The notes under the pieces were generated by a model, which made no database searches, was not told the DNA's origin, and saw only the letters and a program-made list of their open reading frames with translations. Source: Symbiobacteriaceae bacterium (GTDB taxonomy: Bacteria; Bacillota; Sulfobacillia; Symbiobacteriales; Symbiobacteriaceae). Taken from it: DNA of 64,000 nucleotides. The position numbers and the translations under genes were made by a program. Below are positions 32,140 to 41,011 of the stretch, in pieces; position 1 is the stretch's first letter, and each line of letters begins with the position of its first letter. The stretch lies in assembly GCA_041690255.1 (NCBI GenBank), contig JAWLHU010000008.1, forward strand, positions 255,271-319,270, read 5' to 3'.

Positions 32140-33135
32140 ATGAGCGGAGCAGGGTTGGCTGATCTCTTGCGGCAGGGTAAGTATGCCGATTGCCGGGCCC
32201 ACGCCGAGACCTTGCTCCTGCGAGGCGGTCTTGACCAGGTTGCGTCGGTGGAGGTCTACCTTGCGCTCAGTCGTAGCCTGTCGGCCCTCCATTCCAACCA
32301 GGAAGCGATCGCTCCAGGTGAACTGGCCCTCCATTTTGCCCGGGACTGTGGGCAGAATGACCTGCTGGCTCGAGCAATCTGCCACTCTGCCTACGTCTAC
32401 TACGAGAATCGGCTCTATAAGCGGGCGCTCGCCCGTCTCGCCGAGTATTTCTATTACTATAGCCTCTATAAAGAAGCCCGGGCACTCGAGGGCTGGGTCC
32501 TCTTCAACATGGCTGTCTTCTACCGGGCGATGAGCCGGGGGAGCAAGGCCCTCGAGTACTATACTAAGGCTTATCGGTGGCATTTGCAGGAGGGCTCAAG
32601 CGCCCAACCGCTGGAGAAGTGCCGGGCCAATCTGGCCTGGCAGTACCTCAAGACCGGGCAAATCCAGGAAGCGGAGGTCTATTTGGAGGGGTCAGAGGAG
32701 TACCTGATCCACTTCCCGAATGATCTGGACGCCCGAGCCCGACACTGGAATAACGCAGCGTTCCACGCATACATGACGGGCGCCTATCGCCGCGCCATGG
32801 AACTGGCGGCACGCGTCATGGGAATGCGAGGGGTCACACCGATCCGGAAGGCTTATGCATGCCTGACACTGCACTACACGGCCCGCTCGCTGGGCAAGGA
32901 GCGAGTGGCAATTGGCATGGGTGTACTGGCCCGAATTCAGGCCAACGTGGCCCGCCGGCCAGACGTGGTAGAGGAGGCAGAGCACTGCCTCGTCCAGATA
33001 CTTCAACAACGGGAGGGGTTGCCGCTCATGGAGGACCTCTTTGCTGAACTCGGTCTTCGCCCCCGGCAGGATGGAGCGGAGCCGTTACCCCCAGACCCCG
33101 CTCCAACGACAGGGACCCGTCCGGCCCTTTCCTAA
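32140..33135 (+). CDS. TPR-like helical repeat protein
   Basis: GAAGGAGGG SD, ATG 32140. Repeated A..Y...Y helical-pair pattern (YVYYENRLYKRALARLAEYFYYYSLYKEA, FYRAMSRGSKALEYYTKAYRW). Confidence 0.6.
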   Translation: MSGAGLADLLRQGKYADCRAHAETLLLRGGLDQVASVEVYLALSRSLSALHSNQEAIAPGELALHFARDCGQNDLLARAICHSAYVYYENRLYKRALARLAEYFYYYSLYKEARALEGWVLFNMAVFYRAMSRGSKALEYYTKAYRWHLQEGSSAQPLEKCRANLAWQYLKTGQIQEAEVYLEGSEEYLIHFPNDLDARARHWNNAAFHAYMTGAYRRAMELAARVMGMRGVTPIRKAYACLTLHYTARSLGKERVAIGMGVLARIQANVARRPDVVEEAEHCLVQILQQREGLPLMEDLFAELGLRPRQDGAEPLPPDPAPTTGTRPALS

Positions 33136-33157
33136 GTCCAGGACCTTCACAGAGAAC

Positions 33158-33186
33158 CCCCGCGGAGGCGATCCCTGCGGGGTTTC
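33158..33186. terminator. Hairpin between convergent genes
   Basis: CCCCGCGG (33158-65) pairs with CCTGCGGG(G) (33175-82), then TTTCC. Confidence 0.4.
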
Positions 33187-33205
33187 CGTTCAGTGTCGGG
33201 AAGGT

Positions 33206-34396
33206 CTAAAAGAAGTCCTGCAGATAGGTTTCGCACTTGGGCAGTGCGGATTCCCAGCGTCGGACCGCCTCGTCACTGCCAGAGAGCCGCCCCGTCTCCC
33301 GCAGGAACACCGGCCGAGCTGCACCGATCATCATCGCACTGAAGGCGGCGATATCGCAACGGATCGATTCGTCACCATCGCCCAATTGTCGGCGGGTCAG
33401 AGCTGCACGACCACTCGAATCCAGTTGCCATGTATAGGCCCCGGCATTCCAAGGGGCGTGCTCATCGGTCAGTTCGACGCTAAGATCACCAGCTACCGCT
33501 TTGAAGGGATAGGCCGGGACGAAGGCCTCCACGTCCACCACACGGAACATGAAGTACGGTTTGAGTTCCTGCTTCAGGTTCGGGTTGCGAAGCAGGTATG
33601 GCAGCCGGTCCGATGCCGGAACGGTCATTTCGATGCTCTTCGCCATGGAGTCATGGTTGGCCAGGAATTTCAGCAGGGCTCCCTGCGCATCTGCATCAAG
33701 CCAGACCGCCTCCTGTACCTTTACCTCGGATTCGGCCACTTTGTATAGCAGGTACCCTTGGGCCGTGCCGTCCGGCCCAAAGTAGACCGCAGCCTGCCCC
33801 TTTCTCTGGCCCAATACCGAGTGCTGCCACCAGTCCTCATCCCGGTCGAGCATGCCGTTGAACCGCGCGGCATGCTGCCGGTAGACCTCGTTCAGCAACT
33901 GCCATTCGCTCTTGGCATCGACCCGGCGAATCCCCCCGCCCTCAGGGATCTCAAAAGCGTGCAGTTGTGCGACCCTTCCGGACTCAAAGGTGTACTGCTT
34001 CCGTTCGGTCAACATGGTCCAGCCATACCTGGCGTAGAACTCGAACGAGAACGGGGCCAGCATGGAGACGGTCTCCCCGCGCTCCCGCATGAACGTCAGC
34101 CCGCGCCTGAGCAGGGCCTCCACCTTTCCGGTGCGCCGGTGCTCGGGCCAGGTAGCCACGCCCGCAACGCCGCCCATGGCGAAGGGCTTACCCGCAATGA
34201 AGGCACGCAGCGGCAAGAAGCTCGCCTTGGCGGCCATGGCCCCATCTTCAAACCAGGCCAGGGTCAGTGAAGGGTTCATGCGCTTCTTGCGCTGCTCCAC
34301 CTCCTCCGGGGCCAACTCATACTGAAATGCGAACTGTGACAGCCGCAGCGACTCATCCAGGTCTTCTTCCCGGAGACTGCGAATCTCCGCTGTCAT
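33206..34396 (-). CDS. Eis-like GNAT acetyltransferase with sterol-carrier-protein-like C-terminal domain
   Basis: 396 aa. IRSLREEDLDESLRLSQFAF..., MGGVAGVATWPEHRRTGKV..LLRRGL..MRERGETVSMLAPFSFEFYARYGW. Confidence 0.85.
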   Translation of the reverse strand: MTAEIRSLREEDLDESLRLSQFAFQYELAPEEVEQRKKRMNPSLTLAWFEDGAMAAKASFLPLRAFIAGKPFAMGGVAGVATWPEHRRTGKVEALLRRGLTFMRERGETVSMLAPFSFEFYARYGWTMLTERKQYTFESGRVAQLHAFEIPEGGGIRRVDAKSEWQLLNEVYRQHAARFNGMLDRDEDWWQHSVLGQRKGQAAVYFGPDGTAQGYLLYKVAESEVKVQEAVWLDADAQGALLKFLANHDSMAKSIEMTVPASDRLPYLLRNPNLKQELKPYFMFRVVDVEAFVPAYPFKAVAGDLSVELTDEHAPWNAGAYTWQLDSSGRAALTRRQLGDGDESIRCDIAAFSAMMIGAARPVFLRETGRLSGSDEAVRRWESALPKCETYLQDFF

Positions 34397-34617
34397 GACA
34401 ACTCCCCCCGTTTTTCGTACTCAAGGAGTAGACGGCATTCATCTTCGAAAGGTTCGGGATTGCATGATCGTACCCCTCCCGTTTGGATGGGCCCGTGGAG
34501 GAGATCCTTCGTGAAAGAGCGAATGACGAACTGATCACGCAGCGGTTAATTCAGTCACATTACTAACGACCCGGGGGAGTAGCTGCGTCCTCTATTGGGT
34601 CCCCGGTAGGTGGGTAC

Positions 34618-35421
34618 ATGCAGGCCCGATCCCTCCTATTCGACCTCTGGGGCGACTATATTCAACACGTGGGTGGAGAGGTGTGGGCATCGACTCTTGG
34701 GGTTTATGTCGCCCCCTTCGGGGTGAGCGAGGTTGCCCTCAGGCAGGCGATCTCTCGTATGATCCGACAGGGGTGGCTGGAGTCTCGCAAGGCGGGAGGG
34801 CGTACCTGCTACTCGCTTTCCGCCCGAGGTCGCCGGCGACTGGTCGAGGCGTCCCGGCGCGTCTACGATCCGGTTGATCTGCCGTGGGACGGTCAATGGC
34901 GGATGCTGGTCTACTCGATCCCCGAAGCGCTTCGCTCCCGCCGCGACGATCTGCGTCGGGAGTTGGTCTGGACCGGGTTTGCCCACCTGGTGTCAGGCAC
35001 CTGGATCTCGCCCAATCCCCTGGAGGATGCAGCCAGCGATCTGATTCACCGCTACGGGATCGAGTCCTTCACCTCGCTCTTTCTCGCTCGCCACGCAGGC
35101 CCCGGCAGTCCGCAGGAGTTAGTCCAGCGGTGCTGGGACCTGGGGGCGATCCAGGCGAGTTACGACCGGTTCGTTGCCCACTGGTCACCACGCCAGGGGC
35201 AGGGCGCAAAGGGCATGACCGATTCGGAGGCCTTCGTGGAGCAGATCCAACTGGTCCACGATTACCGTAAGTTTCTCTTTGTTGATCCTGGCCTGCCCGC
35301 CGAGTTGCTCCCGCAACCGTGGCGTGGGCATGATGCTCGACGGCTCTTCCAGGAGTACTATGGACAGCTCTCCTCGGGGGCCAAGCGCTTCATGGATCAA
35401 CACTACGAGCCTACAAGGTAG
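34618..35421 (+). CDS. paaX: PaaX-family transcriptional repressor
   Basis: ARSLLFDLWGDYIQHVGGEVWASTLGVYVAPFGVSEVALRQAISRMIRQGWLESRKAGGRTCYSLSARGRRRL. Confidence 0.8.
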   Translation: MQARSLLFDLWGDYIQHVGGEVWASTLGVYVAPFGVSEVALRQAISRMIRQGWLESRKAGGRTCYSLSARGRRRLVEASRRVYDPVDLPWDGQWRMLVYSIPEALRSRRDDLRRELVWTGFAHLVSGTWISPNPLEDAASDLIHRYGIESFTSLFLARHAGPGSPQELVQRCWDLGAIQASYDRFVAHWSPRQGQGAKGMTDSEAFVEQIQLVHDYRKFLFVDPGLPAELLPQPWRGHDARRLFQEYYGQLSSGAKRFMDQHYEPTR

Positions 35422-35439
35422 TGGGAGGATGTGGGGAGA

Positions 35440-35745
35440 ATGTTTAAGCTGGTGGTGCTTTACCGGAAGCCCGAGATCCCTGTGAATGAGTTCGATCTCA
35501 AGTACGCCGAACACATGGCCCTGATCGCCAAGGTTCCCGGTCTCCGCAAGGCAGAGATGGCCCGCTTCACCGAGGCGCCCTGGGGAGCGCCGGAGTACTT
35601 CCAGATCGCTGAGCTATACTTCGACAACAGGCAGGCGCTTGACGCTGCCCTCCACTCTCCGGAGATGAGCGCCGCCGGCCAGCAGTTGCGTAGCTTTGCC
35701 AAAGGACTGTTCACCATGTCCTATGCGGAGGTCAAATCGGAATAA
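35440..35745 (+). CDS. EthD-family protein
   Basis: MFKLVVLYRKPE...FDLKYAEHMALIAKVPGLRK.E...F. About 101 aa. ATG 35440, 10 nt after GGGAGGA. Confidence 0.7.
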   Translation: MFKLVVLYRKPEIPVNEFDLKYAEHMALIAKVPGLRKAEMARFTEAPWGAPEYFQIAELYFDNRQALDAALHSPEMSAAGQQLRSFAKGLFTMSYAEVKSE

Positions 35746-35770
35746 GCAGCCGGTGAAGGGAGTGGCAACC

Positions 35771-36544
35771 GTGTCGTACGAACAGATCCTGGTCTTCAAG
35801 GAAGGGGCCATTGGCCGGATTCAGCTAAACCGTCCACAAGCCATGAACGCCCTGAACATGGCCCTTATGACCGAGGTGGTGGACGCCTGCCGCCAGTTTG
35901 ATGCCGATCCGGAGGTACACTGCCTGATCCTGCACGGCAATGAGAAGGCGTTCGCCGCCGGCGCTGATATTAAGGAGATGCAGGGTCAGGGCGCCATTGA
36001 GATGTACACGAGCCAGTACATTGCCCTGTGGGATGAGGTCTATCGCACCCGCAAGCCGATTGTCGCAGCGGTCAGTGGCTTCTGCCTGGGGGGCGGTGCT
36101 GAGTTGGCCATGATTTGTGATATCATTGTCGCGTCCGAAACCGCTCGGTTCGGCCAGCCCGAGATCAACATCGGTGTGATCCCTGGTGCCGGCGGTACCC
36201 AGCGACTGACCCGGGCTGTGGGCAAGTCGCTGGCCATGGAGATGGTCCTCACAGGCCGCATGATTAATGCCGATGAAGCGAAGCAGATGGGGCTTGTCAG
36301 CCGGGTCGTTCCGGTTGAGCATTACCTGGCCGAGGCCCAGAAGGTGGCCAGCGAGATCGCGGCCAAGTCGCCCGTTGCTGTCACTCTGGGTAAGGAAGCG
36401 ATCTTGCAGGGCTATGAGCAGAACCTGAGCGGAGGTGTGCACCTGGAGCGGCGCCTCTTCTGCATGTCCTTCGCCTCGGAGGACCAGAAGGAAGGCATGA
36501 CGGCCTTTGTTGAGAAGCGGCGTCCCGAGTGGAAGGGGAGGTAG
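35771..36544 (+). CDS. Enoyl-CoA hydratase (crotonase family, PaaF-like)
   Basis: IGRIQLNRPQAMNALN, KAFAAGADIKEM, AAVSGFCLGGGAELAMICDI, FGQPEINIGVIPGAGGTQRL. Confidence 0.85.
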   Translation: MSYEQILVFKEGAIGRIQLNRPQAMNALNMALMTEVVDACRQFDADPEVHCLILHGNEKAFAAGADIKEMQGQGAIEMYTSQYIALWDEVYRTRKPIVAAVSGFCLGGGAELAMICDIIVASETARFGQPEINIGVIPGAGGTQRLTRAVGKSLAMEMVLTGRMINADEAKQMGLVSRVVPVEHYLAEAQKVASEIAAKSPVAVTLGKEAILQGYEQNLSGGVHLERRLFCMSFASEDQKEGMTAFVEKRRPEWKGR

Positions 36545-36547
36545 GCC

Positions 36548-37318
36548 ATGTCGTACGAGACGATTCTGTACACCGTGACCGATGGCGTGGGTCAGATCAC
36601 GCTCAACCGCCCGGATAAACTGAACGCCTTCAACGCCAAGATGCACAAAGAGCTGATTGAGGTGCTGGGTGCGGCTGACAAGGACCCGGCCGTGCGTTGT
36701 GTCGTGATTACCGGAGCAGGCCGTGGTTTCTCTGCTGGCCAGGACCTGGAGGCGGTTGGCGGCGGACCGATCGGTGAGATCGTTCGCAAGTACTACAACG
36801 TCTGGGTCACCAAGCTCCGGACCATGGAGAAGCCGGTGCTGGCCGCCGTTAACGGGGTGGCTGCCGGTGCGGGTTGCTCCCTGGCCCTTGCCTGCGACCT
36901 GATCATCATGTCGGAGAAGGCCTCTTATGTGCAGGCCTTCGTGAAGATCGGCCTGGTACCGGACTCCGGCGCCTCCTACATGCTCCCTCGGCTCCTTGGC
37001 TACCACAAGGCCATGGAGTTAGCCCTCTTCGGTGATAAGGTGAGCGCTCAGGATGCGCTGGAGATGGGGCTCTGCAACCGGGTCGTGCCCGAGGCGGAGT
37101 TCCACGATATGGTCACCAATTGGGCTCATCGCCTCGCCAAGGGTCCGCGGGCTATGGGCTTGATCAAGCGGCAGTTTACCCGGGGCCTTGAGCGCCCCCT
37201 GGCGGAGGTACTGGAGCTGGAGGCCTTCAACCAGGAAGCGGCTGGCGCTACATCCGACTGCCAGGAGGGGATTGCCGCCTTCCTCGAGAAGCGCGAAGCC
37301 AAGTTCACGGGGAGGTAG
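36548..37318 (+). CDS. Enoyl-CoA hydratase/isomerase (PaaG-like)
   Basis: GQITLNRPDKLNAFN, VVITGAGRGFSAGQDL, AAVNGVAAGAGCSLALACDL, GLVPDSGASYMLPRLLG. Confidence 0.8.
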   Translation: MSYETILYTVTDGVGQITLNRPDKLNAFNAKMHKELIEVLGAADKDPAVRCVVITGAGRGFSAGQDLEAVGGGPIGEIVRKYYNVWVTKLRTMEKPVLAAVNGVAAGAGCSLALACDLIIMSEKASYVQAFVKIGLVPDSGASYMLPRLLGYHKAMELALFGDKVSAQDALEMGLCNRVVPEAEFHDMVTNWAHRLAKGPRAMGLIKRQFTRGLERPLAEVLELEAFNQEAAGATSDCQEGIAAFLEKREAKFTGR

Positions 37319-37324
37319 TCACTG

Positions 37325-38896
37325 GTGAAGCGGATCGGTGTGGTCGGCGCAGGGACCATGGGCGCTGGAATCGCCCAGGTTGCTGCCCAGGCCGGCTTCG
37401 ACGTGCTCATGTACGATGTAGGCCCCGCACCATTGGAGGTCGGCTTAGGCCGGATTCGTTCCGGTCTGGACCGGCTGGTTCAGCGCGGGCGGCTCGCTGC
37501 CGAAGAGATGCAGGCGATCCTGCAGCGTCTCACCACCACCACGGCCCTTGGCGACTTCGCCGAAGTGGATTTTGTGGTTGAGGCGGCGCCTGAGGTGCTT
37601 GACCTGAAGCGCGAGATCTTCCAGAAACTCGACAAACTCTGTCGGCCCGGCGCCGTCCTGGCCACAAACACCTCTTCGCTCTCGGTCACTCAGATCGGCG
37701 CGCTGGCCGGTCGTCACGAGTCAGTAGTTGGTATGCACTTCTTCAACCCCGTCCCGGCCATGAAGTTGGTGGAGGTAGTTGAAGGGGCTGAGACCAGCGA
37801 GGCGACCATGGCGGCGACGATCGAATTGGCGGTGGCCTTGGGCAAAACGCCGGTCCGTGCCAAAGATACCCCCGGCTTTATTGTCAACCGGATTGCCCGT
37901 CCCTTCCCGGGCGAAGCGCTTCGTATGCTGGGTGAGAATGTGGCCACTGTCGGCCAGATCGACCGCATTGCCCGACTCGCCGGTGGGTTCCGCATGGGTC
38001 CCTTCGAGGTTATGGACCTGGTCGGCATGGACATCAACTTCGCAGTCAACAAATCGGTCTTCGAGCAGTTCTTCCAGGAGCCGCGGTTCCGCCCTCATCC
38101 CCTTCAGGAGCGCATGGTGAAGGCCGGGCGGCTTGGCCGAAAGACCGAGGTCGGCTGGTACCGCTATGAGAGTGACGCAGCGGTCGGCGGTCCGGCACCT
38201 GCGCAGTATTCGACAGCGCCGGGCCCCCGGCTGGCAGGCATCCAATTGATCTCCGTCCTGGGCGATCCGGCTCTGGCCGAACTGGCCGAGCAGGCGGGCT
38301 ATACTCTGGCTGACTGCTGTGCCGATGCCGATCTGGTCGTGATCGGTGACCCGGCACTGCTGATTGGGCGAAACCCCCGACCCGAGGTGCTGGTCATGGT
38401 GGAGGCCTCCACGATCTCCACCACGGAGATTGCCGCCACATTGCCTCACCCCGAGCGGGTTGTCGGGTACAGCGGTCTGCCCAGCGTACTGGAGCGGCAG
38501 CTCATCGAGCTGGCGCCCGGCCTCCGGACCAGCCCCGAGGCGGCACAAAGGGCGAACCAGTTCGTGCAGTCTCTCGGACGCGATACCGAGATCGTGGCCG
38601 ATGGTCCGGGTCTCGCGCTTCCCCGTATGATTGCCTGCCTGGTCAACGAGGCGGCCTACGCCCTTCAGGAGGGCGTCGCTGGGGTTCGCGGGATCGACAC
38701 GGCCATGAAGTTGGGCGTGAACTACCCCAACGGGCCCCTGGAGTGGGCCGACGCGATTGGCCCGGACCGCATTCTCCGGGTGCTTGAGGGATTGCAGGAG
38801 CAGACGGGCGAGGACCGATACCGCCCCTCGCCCTACCTGCGGAAACTGGTCGCTGCCGGGGCAAACTTCTACGACTTCGCCCACGAGGAGCACTAA
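37325..38896 (+). CDS. 3-hydroxyacyl-CoA dehydrogenase, long (~520 aa) PaaH/PaaC type
   Basis: GTG start. IGVVGAGTMGAGIAQVAAQAG Rossmann motif; HFFNPVPAMKLVEVV; duplicated C-terminal dimerisation domain. Confidence 0.85.
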   Translation: MKRIGVVGAGTMGAGIAQVAAQAGFDVLMYDVGPAPLEVGLGRIRSGLDRLVQRGRLAAEEMQAILQRLTTTTALGDFAEVDFVVEAAPEVLDLKREIFQKLDKLCRPGAVLATNTSSLSVTQIGALAGRHESVVGMHFFNPVPAMKLVEVVEGAETSEATMAATIELAVALGKTPVRAKDTPGFIVNRIARPFPGEALRMLGENVATVGQIDRIARLAGGFRMGPFEVMDLVGMDINFAVNKSVFEQFFQEPRFRPHPLQERMVKAGRLGRKTEVGWYRYESDAAVGGPAPAQYSTAPGPRLAGIQLISVLGDPALAELAEQAGYTLADCCADADLVVIGDPALLIGRNPRPEVLVMVEASTISTTEIAATLPHPERVVGYSGLPSVLERQLIELAPGLRTSPEAAQRANQFVQSLGRDTEIVADGPGLALPRMIACLVNEAAYALQEGVAGVRGIDTAMKLGVNYPNGPLEWADAIGPDRILRVLEGLQEQTGEDRYRPSPYLRKLVAAGANFYDFAHEEH

Positions 38897-38906
38897 CGTA
38901 AGAAGC

Positions 38907-38944
38907 AAGGGCGTCATCCAACCAAATGGATGGCGCCCTTTTTC
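38907..38944 (+). terminator. Intrinsic terminator
   Basis: AAGGGCGTCATCCA, loop, TGGATGGCGCCCTT (14 bp), then TTTTT. Confidence 0.75.
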
Positions 38945-39215
38945 GTGCAGGAAGTTCAAGCGAAAAGCTTGAAGCGAGTTGATCGGCAGAGACGGGCATC
39001 GGGATCACCCCGAAAAGGATGTGATCTTCGGTGACGGCGAAGGAACGTGTGCTTCTGGCCCTGTGCATCGCTTCGTTTACGGAGGCCCTTCACGTCTTCA
39101 TCCACTCTGTGCTTCCGGAAATGCTGCGCCTGCTCCTGGGACCCCGAACCTCGCTCTCGCCCCGGTCCCGTCTCTGCCGACTCTATTCTGTCCGGCTGAA
39201 ATCCAGTCTAACCGC

Positions 39216-40205
39216 CTACCGAACCAGGAGCGCCAGCCCCTTGTAGACCAGCCACGAGACGGTGGCGCAGCCCGGCAGGGTCAGGACCCAGGCATAGACG
39301 ATCTTGTTCGCGATGCCCCAGCGGACCGCCCCGGCCCGCTTGGCCATGCCCACACCGATGATCGAGCCGGTGATCGTATGGGTCGAGCTGACCGGAATGC
39401 CCACACGGGCGGCAATGGTCAGGAAGGTGGCCGCGGCCGTCTCGGCGGCGAAGCCGTGGACGGGCTGGAGGCGGAGCATCTTCATGCCGATGGTCTTGAT
39501 CACGCCCCACCCGCCGATCATCGTCCCTAGACCCATGGCTCCGGCAGCAGAGAAGACGACCCATGTCGGGACCGACAGATCGGAGACGTGGCCTCCGGCG
39601 AAGAGCGCCAGGGTGATAATCCCCATGACCTTCTGGGCGTCGCCCGAGCCGTGGGAGAAGGAGACAAAGGCGACCGAGAGCAGTTGCAGCCGCTTGAACC
39701 AGGAGGTGACCGAGGCGGGGGCCTGGTTTCGCAGCAGGAAGTTGATGATCTTCATGAAGAGCCAGCCGAGCAGACCGCCAAGCATGGGGGAGAGGAGCAT
39801 GGCCAGGAGGACGGTGCGAATGCCCCCGGCATTGACGATCTCCCAGCCGCCCTTGGCGACCGCTCCCCCGATCAGACCGCCGATCAGGGCGTGTGAGGCC
39901 GAGATTGGCAGGCCCGCCAGTGTCATGATCGTGTTCCAGGTGATACCGGCGGCCAGCGTCGCGAGGATCACTAACTGATTGACCTGATTGGGGTCCACCA
40001 ACCCGCCACCAATCGTCTTCGCGACCGCATCGCTATAGAAAGCGCCGATCACATTCAACGTGGCAGCCAACAAGACGGCCTGCATTGGGGTCAGGACCCG
40101 GGTAGAGACCACCGTGGCGATAGAGTTGGCGGCGTCGTTCCAGCCGTTGGTAAAGTCGAAGACCAGGGCAAAGACCACGACGACCCAGATCACCCAATCA
40201 GGCAT
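39216..40205 (-). CDS. pit: PiT-family inorganic phosphate transporter
   Basis: FDFTNGWNDAANSIATVVSTRVL and SHGSGDAQKVMGII (the two PiT signature repeats). Confidence 0.9.
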   Translation of the reverse strand: MPDWVIWVVVVFALVFDFTNGWNDAANSIATVVSTRVLTPMQAVLLAATLNVIGAFYSDAVAKTIGGGLVDPNQVNQLVILATLAAGITWNTIMTLAGLPISASHALIGGLIGGAVAKGGWEIVNAGGIRTVLLAMLLSPMLGGLLGWLFMKIINFLLRNQAPASVTSWFKRLQLLSVAFVSFSHGSGDAQKVMGIITLALFAGGHVSDLSVPTWVVFSAAGAMGLGTMIGGWGVIKTIGMKMLRLQPVHGFAAETAAATFLTIAARVGIPVSSTHTITGSIIGVGMAKRAGAVRWGIANKIVYAWVLTLPGCATVSWLVYKGLALLVR

Positions 40206-40821
40206 GCTTCATGACAACCCCTTCCAGGGTATTAGCCACATCCTCCACCTGGTCGGTCGCATCCTCCAGGGTCTCGTAGATCTCCTTCATCGTAATGAAG
40301 CGGATGGGGTTCGCCTGGGCAGCGTCGAACAGCTCGGAGAGCGCCTCTCGGAGTTCGTCGTCGCCCTGGTTCTCCAGCAGGTTGATCGCCACGGCCCGCT
40401 CCCGGATCTGGAGGAGCTTTCCGCCGGCCAGCAGGTCGATCGATGCAACCAGTTCCGTCGCCTGGGAGCGCAAAACCTGTCCAAAGGCCTTCAGGTGCTT
40501 ATCGGTCTCACGGACCTTATAGATTCCGATGCGCGCAGCAGCGGCCTCCATGGCGTCGACCACCGAGTCAATGGCCACGCCGAGAGCAGCCAGGTCCTCC
40601 CGCTCGAGCGGGGTTACAAAGGATTTATTGATCAGGCTGAAGAGATTGTGGGTGTAGTCATCGCCCTTGGACTCCAACCGTTTGATCGCGGGACCAAGTT
40701 CCTGGTAACGGGCGGGCTCTTCGAGGAGTTGGGAGAGTAGCGAGGCTGTCTCGACCGCATTTTCGGCAGCATGGCGGAGAATCTGATAGAACTGCTGATC
40801 CTTGGAGTTTCCAAATAGCAA
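40198..40821 (-). CDS. DUF47/PhoU-like Pit accessory protein
   Basis: 207 aa, overlaps the pit start by 8 nt. Helical. IE.KGDDYTHNLFSLINKSFVTPLEREDL. Confidence 0.85.
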   Translation of the reverse strand: MLFGNSKDQQFYQILRHAAENAVETASLLSQLLEEPARYQELGPAIKRLESKGDDYTHNLFSLINKSFVTPLEREDLAALGVAIDSVVDAMEAAAARIGIYKVRETDKHLKAFGQVLRSQATELVASIDLLAGGKLLQIRERAVAINLLENQGDDELREALSELFDAAQANPIRFITMKEIYETLEDATDQVEDVANTLEGVVMKHA

Positions 40822-41011
40822 GGGGGTGGCTCCTCTCCACGGTTTTGGGGCCCAGACCCTAACAATCTCTTAACATACGGATGCTCACATGAACAATCCT
40901 ACTATAGTCTTATGTTTCGGTACCAGATCTACATCATCGCCGCTCTGAGGGCCAGGTACTGAAGGCGAGGAAGTACCCATCACCGTGAAGCACCTCCGGA
41001 GTTGGTCTCTA

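Noticed and set aside
32140-33135. RRNPP-type (Rap/NprR-like) quorum-sensing receptor
   Set aside because: It has only generic TPR-like character. There is no HTH and no small secreted-peptide ORF downstream; a terminator and a convergent gene follow directly.
35825-38959. 393-aa and 412-aa minus-strand ORFs (35825-37006, 37721-38959)
   Set aside because: They are antisense to the crotonase and 3-hydroxyacyl-CoA dehydrogenase genes, which carry unambiguous family motifs.
39031-39246. 71-aa plus-strand ORF after the paaH-like terminator
   Set aside because: It has no SD, overlaps the 3' end of pit on the other strand, and has an Arg/Ser/Leu-rich composition.
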